Positions 29,843 to 38,635 of a stretch of 64,000 bases of DNA are shown in pieces (position 1 is the stretch's first letter; each line of letters starts with the position of its first letter). The translations under genes were made by a program, and so were the position numbers. The stretch spans positions 161,757 to 225,756 of IMG/VR virus record IMGVR_UViG_3300025389_000010. The stretch is one strand, 5' to 3'. Source of the stretch: a virus. Taxonomy: Duplodnaviria > Caudoviricetes. The notes beneath the pieces were generated by a model. The model made no database searches. It was not told the DNA's origin and worked only from the letters and a program-made list of their open reading frames with translations.

Positions 29843-29908
29843 GAAACCGGGCGGAGGGTCTGTGTTTCCCGGTTTCCCGGTTTGAGTCTTGACATCGAAG
29901 CAAAAGAA

Positions 29909-29938
29909 AATCCCCATCACCTTTCGATGATGGGGATT
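29909..29938 (-). terminator. GAAA-loop terminator of the repeated family
   Basis: AATCCCCATCA..GAAA..TGATGGGGATT plus T-tract. Confidence 0.8.
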
Positions 29939-29962
29939 ACCCGTTTGCCTTTTCTCTTCTGC

Positions 29963-30247
29963 CTATTCCTTCTCGTTCATCTCTCTCTGCATGAAGTTTA
30001 GAATATCCTCCATCCGGTCGGCGGCTTGGTTAGGGCAGTTCCGAACAAGGAAGCGACGGACTCGGCTGGCTACTTGATTGCCTCGGCCCATGATATTCTC
30101 TGACTTGAATTTCTTTTTGGGCTTGCCTTCGATGATGATCTCTAGGTCGGCTTGGTCAGGGCAACCTATGCCTTTCCACAGGGTGAGACTGACTGACCAT
30201 TGACCGGAGCAAAGGGCACGAACGGAGGATTGGGTGTATCGGTTCAT
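29963..30247 (-). CDS. Hypothetical early protein
   Basis: 94 aa; overlapping stop/start chain. Confidence 0.65.
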   Translation of the reverse strand: MNRYTQSSVRALCSGQWSVSLTLWKGIGCPDQADLEIIIEGKPKKKFKSENIMGRGNQVASRVRRFLVRNCPNQAADRMEDILNFMQREMNEKE

Positions 30248-30444
30248 AGGTAGGAACGGAGGATGTTGGCGATGATCTTTGTGTGCTGTGCCCTGCCGTG
30301 GGCTTTCATGTAGCTTTCGGTGTAGATGCCGATATCGGCTTTGTTAAGGTCGGAGAGTTTGATTGTGACTTCGTCCCTGTAGGCTGAAAGGGCTTTTATT
30401 AAAACGATGATGTCGTTTCGGGTTAGAGGAACATGGGACTTCAT
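30244..30444 (-). CDS. Hypothetical early protein
   Basis: 66 aa; ATGA overlap. Confidence 0.6.
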   Translation of the reverse strand: MKSHVPLTRNDIIVLIKALSAYRDEVTIKLSDLNKADIGIYTESYMKAHGRAQHTKIIANILRSYL

Positions 30445-30626
30445 AGCGTGTAGTATTTCGGGGAGCGGTCTTCCAGCATTCCTACTAGGAGGAGTGCTTT
30501 CTGTGCGGTGGCGACACGCTTGTTGCCAAGCTGGACGCTACCATCGGCGTATGCTGTGACATCCATCCTGTATCCCTTCTTGAGAAGGAGATTCCAAATG
30601 GCTTCTAGGTTTTGTTTTTGGCTCAT
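30441..30626 (-). CDS. Hypothetical early protein
   Basis: Start refined to MSQKQNLE, downstream of the TTGACC box at 30677-30682. Confidence 0.6.
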   Translation of the reverse strand: MSQKQNLEAIWNLLLKKGYRMDVTAYADGSVQLGNKRVATAQKALLLVGMLEDRSPKYYTL

Positions 30627-30709
30627 GGGATCTGCTGGTTGAAGCATTGGGATAAAAATATCACCGGCAAATCGTGGGTCAATACTTTTTTCTGATTTTT
30701 TTTGGGCCT

Positions 30710-30841
30710 CGCCGGTCGTCGATTTGTAAAACAAAGTTTGGTGGTTGGTTGTACTACATCGTTGGTTCGCCGGTCGAAGATGGGCTTTCGCCGGTCGTCG
30801 ATTTGTAAAACAAAGTTTTGTTCAATTTTGTTTTACAAATC
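30710..30841. repeat. Half-site (30721-30736) and full 42-bp palindrome (30800-30841), with three CGCCGGTCG repeats
   Basis: Read directly; the spacer is again 10 bp. Confidence 0.9.
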
Positions 30842-30894
30842 GGTGCGGGTTAGACCGGCGTGTAATACCTTGCCTTGCGTGTAGTACAAAAAAA

Positions 30895-30938
30895 TACAAT
30901 ACAATACAATACCTTATCTGATATTGTATTGTATTGTA
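30895..30938. repeat. 44-bp TACAA-repeat palindrome
   Basis: TACAATACAATACAATA-CCTTATCTGA-TATTGTATTGTATTGTA. Confidence 0.9.
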
Positions 30939-30960
30939 TGGAGTCGTACTCTTTGTATTA

Positions 30961-31605
30961 CTAGTGCTTACGATAGCTTATGGAGTAGATTTCGGGATTC
31001 CAACAAGCTCGGCAATCTTTGCACTCATTGTTCTGTTGTGGGGCAGGGCAGGTGAATGATGACTTGGACACACCGCTTGTGGGCAATCCTAGCCTTTCGG
31101 CTATGGCATCGGGTGCAGGGCCGTCAATCATGAGGGCAGAGAGACGGATCGTCAGGTTCTTTGGCTTCTCATAGGTTGCCATGTATTGTTCAACCATTGC
31201 ATATTCCCTAGTCGGAAGCCAAAAGGTGATGTGGGGCAGATTCTTTGCAATCTCGGCAATCTTTGCAAGGTGATCGACACTCTGGATGTCTCCACTATCA
31301 TGCCAGCGAAAGAATCCGCTTTTCTCCTTTCGGTTGATAAGCCATGTGAGAACGGATGTCCACCTATCACTCTGTAGTGATGCGAAACGCTGTTGCATTG
31401 CGTCACGGGTCGTCTTAAAAACATAGCGTCCCTTCATTGCATAGCAAACGGAACACACAGAGCCTTTGATGTTTCTCATCTTTTGCCCTATCTTGCAATA
31501 GACGGCAGGGATGGAATATCCGTGGCATGGCATCTTTGACGGATTGGACAAAGAGCCAACGATTGATTTTGCGATTTTGATTGTGAGTTTGGGTGTGGTA
31601 GTCAT
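30961..31605 (-). CDS. GP88-like phage protein (Cys cluster, radical-SAM-like)
   Basis: SKMPC..YSIPA..C..G......GSVCS.CYA.KGRY...FFRWHDSGD...WLPTRE; start refined to MTTTPK. Confidence 0.75.
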   Translation of the reverse strand: MTTTPKLTIKIAKSIVGSLSNPSKMPCHGYSIPAVYCKIGQKMRNIKGSVCSVCYAMKGRYVFKTTRDAMQQRFASLQSDRWTSVLTWLINRKEKSGFFRWHDSGDIQSVDHLAKIAEIAKNLPHITFWLPTREYAMVEQYMATYEKPKNLTIRLSALMIDGPAPDAIAERLGLPTSGVSKSSFTCPAPQQNNECKDCRACWNPEIYSISYRKH

Positions 31606-31693
31606 GGGACTTGAAGCATCGGATAGATCAAAAGGGATTGCAAGAACTATTTTCAACTTTTTTTTCGGTTGACTTTTCTTCGATTCGAGCATC

Positions 31694-31778
31694 GATTTGT
31701 AAAACAAAGAATGTTCAAACTTTGTTTTACAAATCGTTCCTGATTATCTCGATGGTTTCAAACTTTGTTTTACAAATC
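31694..31778. repeat. Full 42-bp palindrome (31694-31735) plus half-site (31763-31778) in a local tandem duplication
   Basis: Read directly. Confidence 0.9.
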
Positions 31779-31830
31779 GTCCCTGATTTTCTCGATGGTG
31801 GTGTTTCGTTGTTGGGTATGAAAACAAAAA

Positions 31831-31854
31831 ACCCACCACCTTTCGGTGATGGGT
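31831..31854 (-). terminator. GAAA-loop terminator
   Basis: ACCCATCACC-GAAA-GGTGGTGGGT plus T-tract. Confidence 0.8.
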
Positions 31855-31878
31855 CTTTGTCGGGGGGATTGGGGGAGT

Positions 31879-32094
31879 CTATGATCTCAAGTATGCGATA
31901 TCTTTGGCATGATACAGGGTCAGGGCATCTTCTTCTGTCAATCCGATAAACTCATAGGGATCGAAAAAGATTTCATCGGGATAGTATGTGAAGAGAACTT
32001 TGATAGATCCATCCTCAAAGGTCGCAATGACTTGGGGCATGGGATCAAAGGGATTCTCTGGCATCTTGGTGATCTTGCACTCAACGATTTTCAT
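31879..32094 (-). CDS. Conserved hypothetical protein
   Basis: MPQVIATFEDGS...YYPDEI.F...EFIGLT; start refined. Confidence 0.65.
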   Translation of the reverse strand: MKIVECKITKMPENPFDPMPQVIATFEDGSIKVLFTYYPDEIFFDPYEFIGLTEEDALTLYHAKDIAYLRS

Positions 32095-32176
32095 GGTATT
32101 TGATTTGTTGGGGATGCCTCCTGTCACTCACTCAAGTGACAGGAGGACTTTCCCATTGCCTTTCTCTACTACCTAC

Positions 32177-32719
32177 TCAAATGATTTCGATGTGGTCGCC
32201 TTTGGCAACGATGCCAGCGATGTGGGATGGGTCAAGTTTGAACTGGGCAAACTTGCTTCTCTTGAAGTTGCAAGCCTTTTCAATGTCCTTCTTGGCAAGG
32301 GTCAGGGGGCGAGAGTTGACAGGTGCTTTCGTAACCTTTGCGGGTTCGATGGTCTGCTTGTCGTGGACATATCCGTAGATGTAGATTTCGCCAGTTTCGG
32401 TATGCTGTTTGATGCCCTTGCCGATATTTTCAAAAGTCTCCTTCTGCGTGTAGGAGGAAGAGACTCCTTCTGTCAGGGTTTCGTTAAGGCTTTGGAGCAT
32501 TTCGTCCTTGGCTTGAATCTCTAGGTCATTCTTGGGGACATACGCCTCTAGGGTCTTCTTGTCATCGGCAACGGCAGAACGATAGTCAATGCCGAAGTTG
32601 ATGACATACTTGGAAGTCTCCTGCGTTCCCTTGGTCGTGTAGAGGAAGGAAACAAAGGTGCAACCATTCTCGGTCGCCTCACGGAGTTGATCGACTGCCT
32701 TGATCTTGATGTTTTGCAT
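32177..32719 (-). CDS. Hypothetical early protein
   Basis: Start refined to MQNIKIK after an AC-rich leader; promoter TTGACC-16-TAATCT at 32767-32794. Confidence 0.7.
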   Translation of the reverse strand: MQNIKIKAVDQLREATENGCTFVSFLYTTKGTQETSKYVINFGIDYRSAVADDKKTLEAYVPKNDLEIQAKDEMLQSLNETLTEGVSSSYTQKETFENIGKGIKQHTETGEIYIYGYVHDKQTIEPAKVTKAPVNSRPLTLAKKDIEKACNFKRSKFAQFKLDPSHIAGIVAKGDHIEII

Positions 32720-32854
32720 AGTAGGATTTGGTTTGGTTTTGGGTTGATGTCTTATCGACAAGGAAGAGATTACCACAACCACGCCACAGGTCAATGGGTT
32801 TTTTTCATTTTTTTTCTACTCTGAAAACCGAGCCACCGGCGTTCTTACGGTGAC

Positions 32855-32896
32855 GATTTGTAAAACAAAGTTTGAACATTCTTTGTTTTACAAATC
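32855..32896. repeat. 42-bp palindromic element with the spacer in reverse orientation
   Basis: GATTTGTAAAACAAAG-TTTGAACATT-CTTTGTTTTACAAATC. Confidence 0.95.
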
Positions 32897-32942
32897 ATGC
32901 CCGTGCAAATAATAAAAAATTCGCTTGACATCCAGAAAATGA

Positions 32943-32976
32943 AAAACCCCACCACCCTTTCGGATGATGGGGTTTT
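32943..32976 (-). terminator. GAAA-loop terminator, identical to 44025-44058
   Basis: AAAACCCCACCACCCTTTCGGATGATGGGGTTT. Confidence 0.85.
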
Positions 32977-32998
32977 CCCAGTTTCCCTTTCTTCTACC

Positions 32999-33478
32999 TT
33001 ACACAAATGCTAGTCCAAGGGTCTTCATCTTGAAGCTCTCAATCTCGTCCCTAATCGCCATCCTCTGACGGAACAGGGCCATCTCTTCTTTTTGGAGAGC
33101 TTCCAGCTTGGCTTTCTTTTCAGCCTCAAACTCTGCCACCTTCTCCAGCTTCTTGAAGCGGTCAAAGAGGTTACGGCACTTCTGGATTGCCTTCACCTTT
33201 TCGGAATCGGTGACAAGGTTGGGATAATCGCCAGAAATTTGACGACCAGCAAGGATATGCTCGACAGCACTCTCCATGTTCTCAAAATAGCACTTGCCCA
33301 CTCCGTAGACATCGGACTCCGTTGTGAACTTTCCAGTTCGTATGAAGGTGTGATAATTGCTCCTACGATAGATCAACTCCCATCCTTTTGCTTCGATCTC
33401 GACAGGGCATACTCGCAGTTCGGTGATCCAGTTAAAAATCTGGACTCCGTATGACTTGAACTTCGGCGGTGTTTTCAT
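32999..33478 (-). CDS. Hypothetical early protein
   Basis: Start refined to MKTPPKF after an AC-rich leader. Confidence 0.65.
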   Translation of the reverse strand: MKTPPKFKSYGVQIFNWITELRVCPVEIEAKGWELIYRRSNYHTFIRTGKFTTESDVYGVGKCYFENMESAVEHILAGRQISGDYPNLVTDSEKVKAIQKCRNLFDRFKKLEKVAEFEAEKKAKLEALQKEEMALFRQRMAIRDEIESFKMKTLGLAFV

Positions 33479-33516
33479 TGTGTGTGTGTGTTGGTGTTTG
33501 GGTTTTGGGTTGGTTC

Positions 33517-33708
33517 TCACTTCTGCATAGTGTCGCAGTAGACTTGAAAGGACAGGTTGCCCTTCAAGTAACCACTTATGGCTACGCATTGGTGAATCGG
33601 ATAGCCAAGATCCTCGGCTAGAGTCATGAGTTTCCAGTATGAAAACTTTTTGGCAAGCCTTTTCGCATCGGTCAGGTTGCCGTTCATGAGATTTTCGATA
33701 GCGTTCAT
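33517..33708 (-). CDS. Hypothetical early protein
   Basis: Start refined to MNAIENL; promoter TTGCAT-16-TAGCTT ending at 33773. Confidence 0.6.
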   Translation of the reverse strand: MNAIENLMNGNLTDAKRLAKKFSYWKLMTLAEDLGYPIHQCVAISGYLKGNLSFQVYCDTMQK

Positions 33709-33811
33709 TGTATGATAGATAGTGTGGGTTGGGTGTGCGGGTATGAAGCTATCAACAAAAATCGGGTATGCAAGAACTTTTTTCAACTTTTTTTGGGCCT
33801 CCGAATTCCCC

Positions 33812-33922
33812 GATTTGTAAAACAAAGTTTTGTCCTACAATATCTTATCCTACAATGTTTTCATGCCTTCGCCCGGTGACGATTTGTAAAACAAAGTTTG
33901 GTTTAATATTGTTTTACAAATC
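33812..33922. repeat. Half-site (33812-33827) and full palindrome (33881-33922)
   Basis: Read directly; the right arm starts TATTGT. Confidence 0.9.
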
Positions 33923-33924
33923 GA

Positions 33925-34810
33925 CTACCGTTGAGCCGTGCGTATTACCTTGCAATACTTACAATGCAATATAAGACAATACATTACAATACCTTCACTT
34001 ATAAGACAATACAATATAACGAATTGTATCGTAATATCCTACAACTTTTTACTTTACAATTCCTTTGAAATCTACTTGGGAATCATTTCTTTCAATTCCT
34101 TTGAAAGATTCCCCTACAATCATTCCCCAATACCTTCCCAATATCCCTGTATCTGTATTGGTAATACCCTTGGGCAATATCCCTTTGGCCCTTCGGGGCC
34201 AATATGTATTGCCAATTCCCTTGCCCAAACCTTTGTCCCTACTATTGCCTCGTGCCTATCAATACATTCCCAATTTATTTCCAATATCTTCCCAATACTA
34301 TTTCCAATACATTGTCAATACATTTATTTCTTTATATTTTATTGTATTGCCTTGACTTTTGTCTTCCTTATGATCCTTGTATCGTTATGTCTTTTCGTAT
34401 CGTCATGCACACAATCCCCCCAATCTTGTTGTGAGGTAGCACCCTGTTGCAATTTTACACGGTGTTGCATTAAAACAGAGTTTGCCATTGTCAATACATT
34501 GTATTTTTATAGGTAAAACATTGCCCTATAATACCATACCTTGTATTCGCTATGATCTTGGTAGCACATTTTAATACATTGTCAATACTTTTCTTACAAA
34601 AAATTACATTGTAAAGTGAGTGTAATAAGAATATCTTACCAATGTTTGTTACAATGTTTGCCACAATGTAATAAGAATATCTTCCCAATGTTTGTTACAA
34701 TGTAATAAGAATCTCTTCCCAATGTTTGCCACAATGTAATAAGAATATCTTACCAATGTTTGCCTCAATCTCTTCTCAATGTTTGCCACAATGTAGCAAG
34801 AATCTATTTC
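33925..34810. repeat. Non-coding CAAT-rich block with 34-bp tandem repeats (candidate origin/iteron region)
   Basis: TGTAATAAGAATATCTT(A/C)CCAATGTTTG(TT/CC)ACAA at 34621, 34667, 34701 and 34735, plus a degenerate copy; G-poor plus strand; no credible ORF. Confidence 0.7.
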
Positions 34811-35337
34811 CAATTAAATCTTATGTAGTCTTTTATTGTATTGCTATTTCCTACTCTGTAAATATATTTGATACGCTTCAAGGGTTTGTTGAATCCCATG
34901 TCATAGATGGTTCCGTTGACTACTGCAAAGGCATGATCTCTGGTTACTGCTATGTATCTTCCCCTGTAATAGTCCATGAGCATTGCCCTTATTGTGAGTC
35001 CTTTCTTTGGGAGTATGTATTGGATCTGGTATCCTTCTGTCTTTATTAGGGTTTCCACTATCTTGTGTGTCCAGAATCCTTCGTTGTCTTTCCTTCCTGC
35101 TTGCCTTGCATAATCATGTGCTTTCTTGTATGGTAGTCTTAATGCTACTGCTATTGCCATGACTGTGCAGTTGTTGGTGTCTATGATCCTGTCCTTTGAT
35201 GCTCCTCCGTCTGTTATTATCGTTTTGGCCTTTATGAAACTTTCGTGTGCTTTCAAGAGAAGAGTTCCTTTATGGTTAGAATTAAGCATCCTACATAGTA
35301 TTGTAGTAGTGGTTGTTCTCTTACAATGCAGAACCAT
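34804..35337 (-). CDS. Conserved phage protein with papain-like Cys-His-Asp spacing (tentative)
   Basis: NNCTVMAIAVA...DHAFAVVNG.IYD. Confidence 0.55.
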   Translation of the reverse strand: MVLHCKRTTTTTILCRMLNSNHKGTLLLKAHESFIKAKTIITDGGASKDRIIDTNNCTVMAIAVALRLPYKKAHDYARQAGRKDNEGFWTHKIVETLIKTEGYQIQYILPKKGLTIRAMLMDYYRGRYIAVTRDHAFAVVNGTIYDMGFNKPLKRIKYIYRVGNSNTIKDYIRFNWK

Positions 35338-35681
35338 TCACCGTTTGGAGCCTTGTTCATTATCATTCCGTTCTTGAAGCGTAGGTAGATTTCTGATTCC
35401 TCGTTACAGGTTGGGCAGATTCCTTTCCTTATGACATTGACTCCTTTATTGCCATAGGTTGCATTGACTTCTAGGTTTGTGGGTATTGGTAGTCCTTGGT
35501 TTTCGCAGTTATCGTTTATGCAGGATATGGGTTCCTCTTCAAAGTCTTTTCTCATTTCGTCTTCATCGTATGTAGTCTCATGTTGTGATATATCATACAA
35601 TTCGTGCATCCTTTCCTCTGTTAATACCCTGTAATGGGTTGTAAAAAATACTCTTAATGCGGTAAATGGATCTATTCTCAT
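35253..35681 (-). CDS. Zn-ribbon protein
   Basis: CINDNC...CPTC. Confidence 0.6.
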   Translation of the reverse strand: MRIDPFTALRVFFTTHYRVLTEERMHELYDISQHETTYDEDEMRKDFEEEPISCINDNCENQGLPIPTNLEVNATYGNKGVNVIRKGICPTCNEESEIYLRFKNGMIMNKAPNGEWFCIVREQPLLQYYVGCLILTIKELFS

Positions 35682-35827
35682 GGTGTATAACCTGTTATTT
35701 TGTTGTAATTCCTTATTTTACTCTGTTAGCCTATAATTTTTCTTGTATTTTTATAGTATTTTTTCTCCATTTTGCCCCACTTTGGCCCACTTTTTGAAAC
35801 TTTTTCTTATATTTTTGGGCATTTTTA

Positions 35828-36058
35828 TCAGGGATATTGATGAATAATCTTGTCATTCATCATCTGTAATATGGAATACTTTGTAAGTTTTTTCCTACCT
35901 GCATTTCTTTGTTGCTGGTATTGTTGGTCGAGTGCTTCCCTTGCTTCTTCCAGAGTATCGAAATAGTAGAGTTGTGTATCCTCATCGACCTTGTTGCCGA
36001 AATAGGTATTTGTCCATTTTCCTCTGCTCCACCATTGGATATGATACAATGTTTTCAT
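35828..36058 (-). CDS. Hypothetical protein
   Basis: Start refined to MKTLYHIQ (ATGA overlap). Confidence 0.6.
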   Translation of the reverse strand: MKTLYHIQWWSRGKWTNTYFGNKVDEDTQLYYFDTLEEAREALDQQYQQQRNAGRKKLTKYSILQMMNDKIIHQYP

Positions 36059-36645
36059 ACCAGTTCTGGATGATCTTTCTTGGTCTTGGTATAGTCTGAC
36101 CACACTTGTAGGTCAAGTTTGGCGGGTGTCATGCCTCTGTTTTCTGCTTCCATCAGGAACCATCTTTCGATTTCGGGGTAGCGTTTCTTGCTTGGGGTTG
36201 CCTTTGGGACATCGTATCCAAGGAACTTCATCCACTTCAAAATATGGGTATCAAGGACTGCTACCTTGGTGTTGGGTCTGGAATGAAGGACAAAGAATCT
36301 TGCTGTCTTGCTTCCTATTCCAGAGATGCTTTCCAGTTCTTCTATGGTAACAGTCTTGAGTCTTCCCTTGAACTGAAGGATCTCCTTGAAGGCATGACCG
36401 ATCCTCTTATATTGTCCTAACTTGAACTCTCTCATGTGGATCTCTAGCCAATTATTCTTGATGAGAAATTCAAGATGATCGAAAGGCTTGCCTATCTGTT
36501 CCCACATACAACGCTTGAGAAACTCGTCGAGCTTCTTTGCCTGTTGCTCTGCTCCCTTTCCTGCCACAAGGATAGCGAACATTAGGAACTCTTCCAACTC
36601 CTCCTCTGTCCTGTTGAAGTTGGTGATGGTCTTTGGGGTTATCAT
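36055..36645 (-). CDS. HhH-GPD superfamily DNA N-glycosylase/lyase (Ogg/EndoIII-like)
   Basis: HhH motif LESISGIGSKTARFF with catalytic Lys, followed by VLDTHI with catalytic Asp. Confidence 0.8.
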   Translation of the reverse strand: MITPKTITNFNRTEEELEEFLMFAILVAGKGAEQQAKKLDEFLKRCMWEQIGKPFDHLEFLIKNNWLEIHMREFKLGQYKRIGHAFKEILQFKGRLKTVTIEELESISGIGSKTARFFVLHSRPNTKVAVLDTHILKWMKFLGYDVPKATPSKKRYPEIERWFLMEAENRGMTPAKLDLQVWSDYTKTKKDHPELV

Positions 36646-36656
36646 TGTATTACTTC

Positions 36657-36809
36657 TTAATTCCTTGTTTCTTGTTGTTCTTTAAGTTCTTGCCACAAGG
36701 ATTGTATGATCCTGTTGGCAGTAACAAGCATCTCTTGGGCATCCTGCTGTGCCTCTGGATATTTGTCAATTAGGGTTCTGTATGCGTTTTGTAGTGCAGG
36801 AGTATTCAT
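36657..36809 (-). CDS. Hypothetical protein
   Basis: Start refined to MNTPALQ. Confidence 0.5.
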   Translation of the reverse strand: MNTPALQNAYRTLIDKYPEAQQDAQEMLVTANRIIQSLWQELKEQQETRN

Positions 36810-36943
36810 TAGAAGAGATGGATGAAGTAGTTGATAGTGGTAGCGATTAGCATGATGACACAAACCAGCATCATAAATGCAAGGAAGGCAATCAAGGGTA
36901 AAAGTGCTTCAGCTTCGATTTCAATTTTCATTGTAGGATATTT

Positions 36944-37252
36944 TTATACATAGTCGATTTGACAACCAGTAGCTTCCCATTCGATGTTGTTGGTGTCAAA
37001 CCAATTTTTGATGTCTCTCTGGATTTGTAGCTTGCGTTTGTCCTTCAGTTTGCCTTCTGTCCATTCTCTCATACCGTCTGCATTAAAGACTCTCCACGAT
37101 ACTTGGTTTTCACCTATTGCCTTACGATATTTAACTTCGCACCACATGGGTTTATCCTCATAGGTGAACTCATGTGTCGTGTCAATGAACTCATATCCAT
37201 TGCCGATACATCTGTGATCGGTCTTTTTGGCAATTAGCCTTAATTCATTCAT
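36944..37252 (-). CDS. Hypothetical protein
   Basis: 102 aa in an overlapping chain. Confidence 0.6.
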   Translation of the reverse strand: MNELRLIAKKTDHRCIGNGYEFIDTTHEFTYEDKPMWCEVKYRKAIGENQVSWRVFNADGMREWTEGKLKDKRKLQIQRDIKNWFDTNNIEWEATGCQIDYV

Positions 37253-37515
37253 GGTAAGGGTAGGTTTTCGCAGTCTATCTTGATAATACGATATTTTACA
37301 TTGGAATACGATGCTTTCATCTGTTTGCTGATATTTGCCAGATCGTTATGTCTTTGTATTGCATTCTTGTATTCCTCTATAATGTTCTTGTAGTCACCAG
37401 AGTCCATGATGTTCTTCCAATCCCTCATCCTCGGTGTCTTAAATTGAAGGACATAGAAGTGCGAGTCTCCGTTCTGGTTGGAGTGCCATTCGTATATTCC
37501 GTTTGTAACGATCAT
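37249..37515 (-). CDS. Hypothetical protein
   Basis: Start refined to MIVTNG. Confidence 0.55.
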   Translation of the reverse strand: MIVTNGIYEWHSNQNGDSHFYVLQFKTPRMRDWKNIMDSGDYKNIIEEYKNAIQRHNDLANISKQMKASYSNVKYRIIKIDCENLPLP

Positions 37516-37703
37516 TGGTTTTCGTCCTCTGGATGGTTGTCCCTGCAATACTCTGCAATACCGGCATCGTATCCCATCTTGTATTGTGCATAGTTATACA
37601 CATCCATTTCGTTACTCCAAGGATTGTCTTCTACTCCTTGCTCATACGCATCGACGAATCCCCTGCAATAACCGATATTTCTCGGATTAGGTTGTAATGT
37701 CAT
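37512..37703 (-). CDS. Hypothetical protein (Rmf/CrpP-like pattern, tentative)
   Basis: GYCRGFVDAYEQG...NPW...Y..GYDAG. Confidence 0.55.
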   Translation of the reverse strand: MTLQPNPRNIGYCRGFVDAYEQGVEDNPWSNEMDVYNYAQYKMGYDAGIAEYCRDNHPEDENQ

Positions 37704-37918
37704 TGTAAGTCCTTATTGTCCTTGATCTTACGCACAACTGGTTGAAGGTTGTGCATGATTGTCTGAAGGTGTTCGCTAGTCTCTTCGATGGATTCGGTTA
37801 GTTCCTCGTCCTCTGGATTGGTTGATCCTTTGCATTGCCACAGGATACTCTCCGCATCCTTGATGGCATTATACATTGACCAGAATGTGTGTTCGGTGAT
37901 GGTGACTTTGGGTTCCAT
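37700..37918 (-). CDS. Hypothetical protein
   Basis: 72 aa; TTGACT-17-CATAAT upstream. Confidence 0.6.
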   Translation of the reverse strand: MEPKVTITEHTFWSMYNAIKDAESILWQCKGSTNPEDEELTESIEETSEHLQTIMHNLQPVVRKIKDNKDLQ

Positions 37919-37961
37919 GTTGCCGATTATGGTTTAGGGTTTGCTTGGAGTCAATAGGTTT

Positions 37962-38339
37962 TTACCACCAAGAGTCATAATACACTTTCCTACCTTGACT
38001 GATCTCATACATTGCAGTTGCAATGAAGTGAAGATCCTGCTTTTGGGATTCTTCGTCAGGAGGATTGTTGCCAAAGAAAAACCCTGTGGTCTTTGGTAAG
38101 TCATTGGTTAATATAGCTTTCTGAAGATTTGCAAGATCCTCCATTGTAAGAAGGAGTGGGATACAGTTAAACGACTGCTCCTTGCCTCCCTTCTGACGAT
38201 AGAGTTTCTCCATCCAACCATGTAGGTCATGGTGTTTCCTCCAATACTGGATCTCTTTACGATCTGCTCCCTTGCGGATCTTGAACTTCGATAGCCCATC
38301 CTTCTTGGCTACCGAATAAGTATACATATCGAGTCCCAT
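37962..38339 (-). CDS. Conserved phage hypothetical protein
   Basis: MGLDMY...YWRKH..LHGWM...FFFG...VYYDSWW family pattern. Confidence 0.75.
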   Translation of the reverse strand: MGLDMYTYSVAKKDGLSKFKIRKGADRKEIQYWRKHHDLHGWMEKLYRQKGGKEQSFNCIPLLLTMEDLANLQKAILTNDLPKTTGFFFGNNPPDEESQKQDLHFIATAMYEISQGRKVYYDSWW

Positions 38340-38343
38340 ATTA

Positions 38344-38616
38344 TTATTCCTTGATGCCGTTGTCTTTCAATGTCTGTGCAAACTGCTCTTCTGATGCCTT
38401 CTTGCACTCGGAATAGTCCTTGAAAGGAGAACGAGCATAGGAACTTGTGTCCTCCCAATGGAACGATACTCTTGCCCAATTATCTGCCTCGAAAAAAGCC
38501 GCACGATGCACAACACACTCATGTTGCCATACAAGGCAGGTTATCGTATTGGTTAAGACAACTACCAGCAATGCCAGTAGCGTTATTACAATGTTGTTTT
38601 TGGTTTGGTCTGTCAT
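38344..38616 (-). CDS. Membrane-anchored hypothetical protein
   Basis: N-terminal TM helix. Confidence 0.55.
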   Translation of the reverse strand: MTDQTKNNIVITLLALLVVVLTNTITCLVWQHECVVHRAAFFEADNWARVSFHWEDTSSYARSPFKDYSECKKASEEQFAQTLKDNGIKE

Positions 38617-38635
38617 TGTTTTGCTTGGTTTTGGC

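Noticed and set aside
33938-35049. Plus-strand ORFs over the CAAT-rich block
   Set aside because: Low-complexity translations with no start context, opposite to the module's strand
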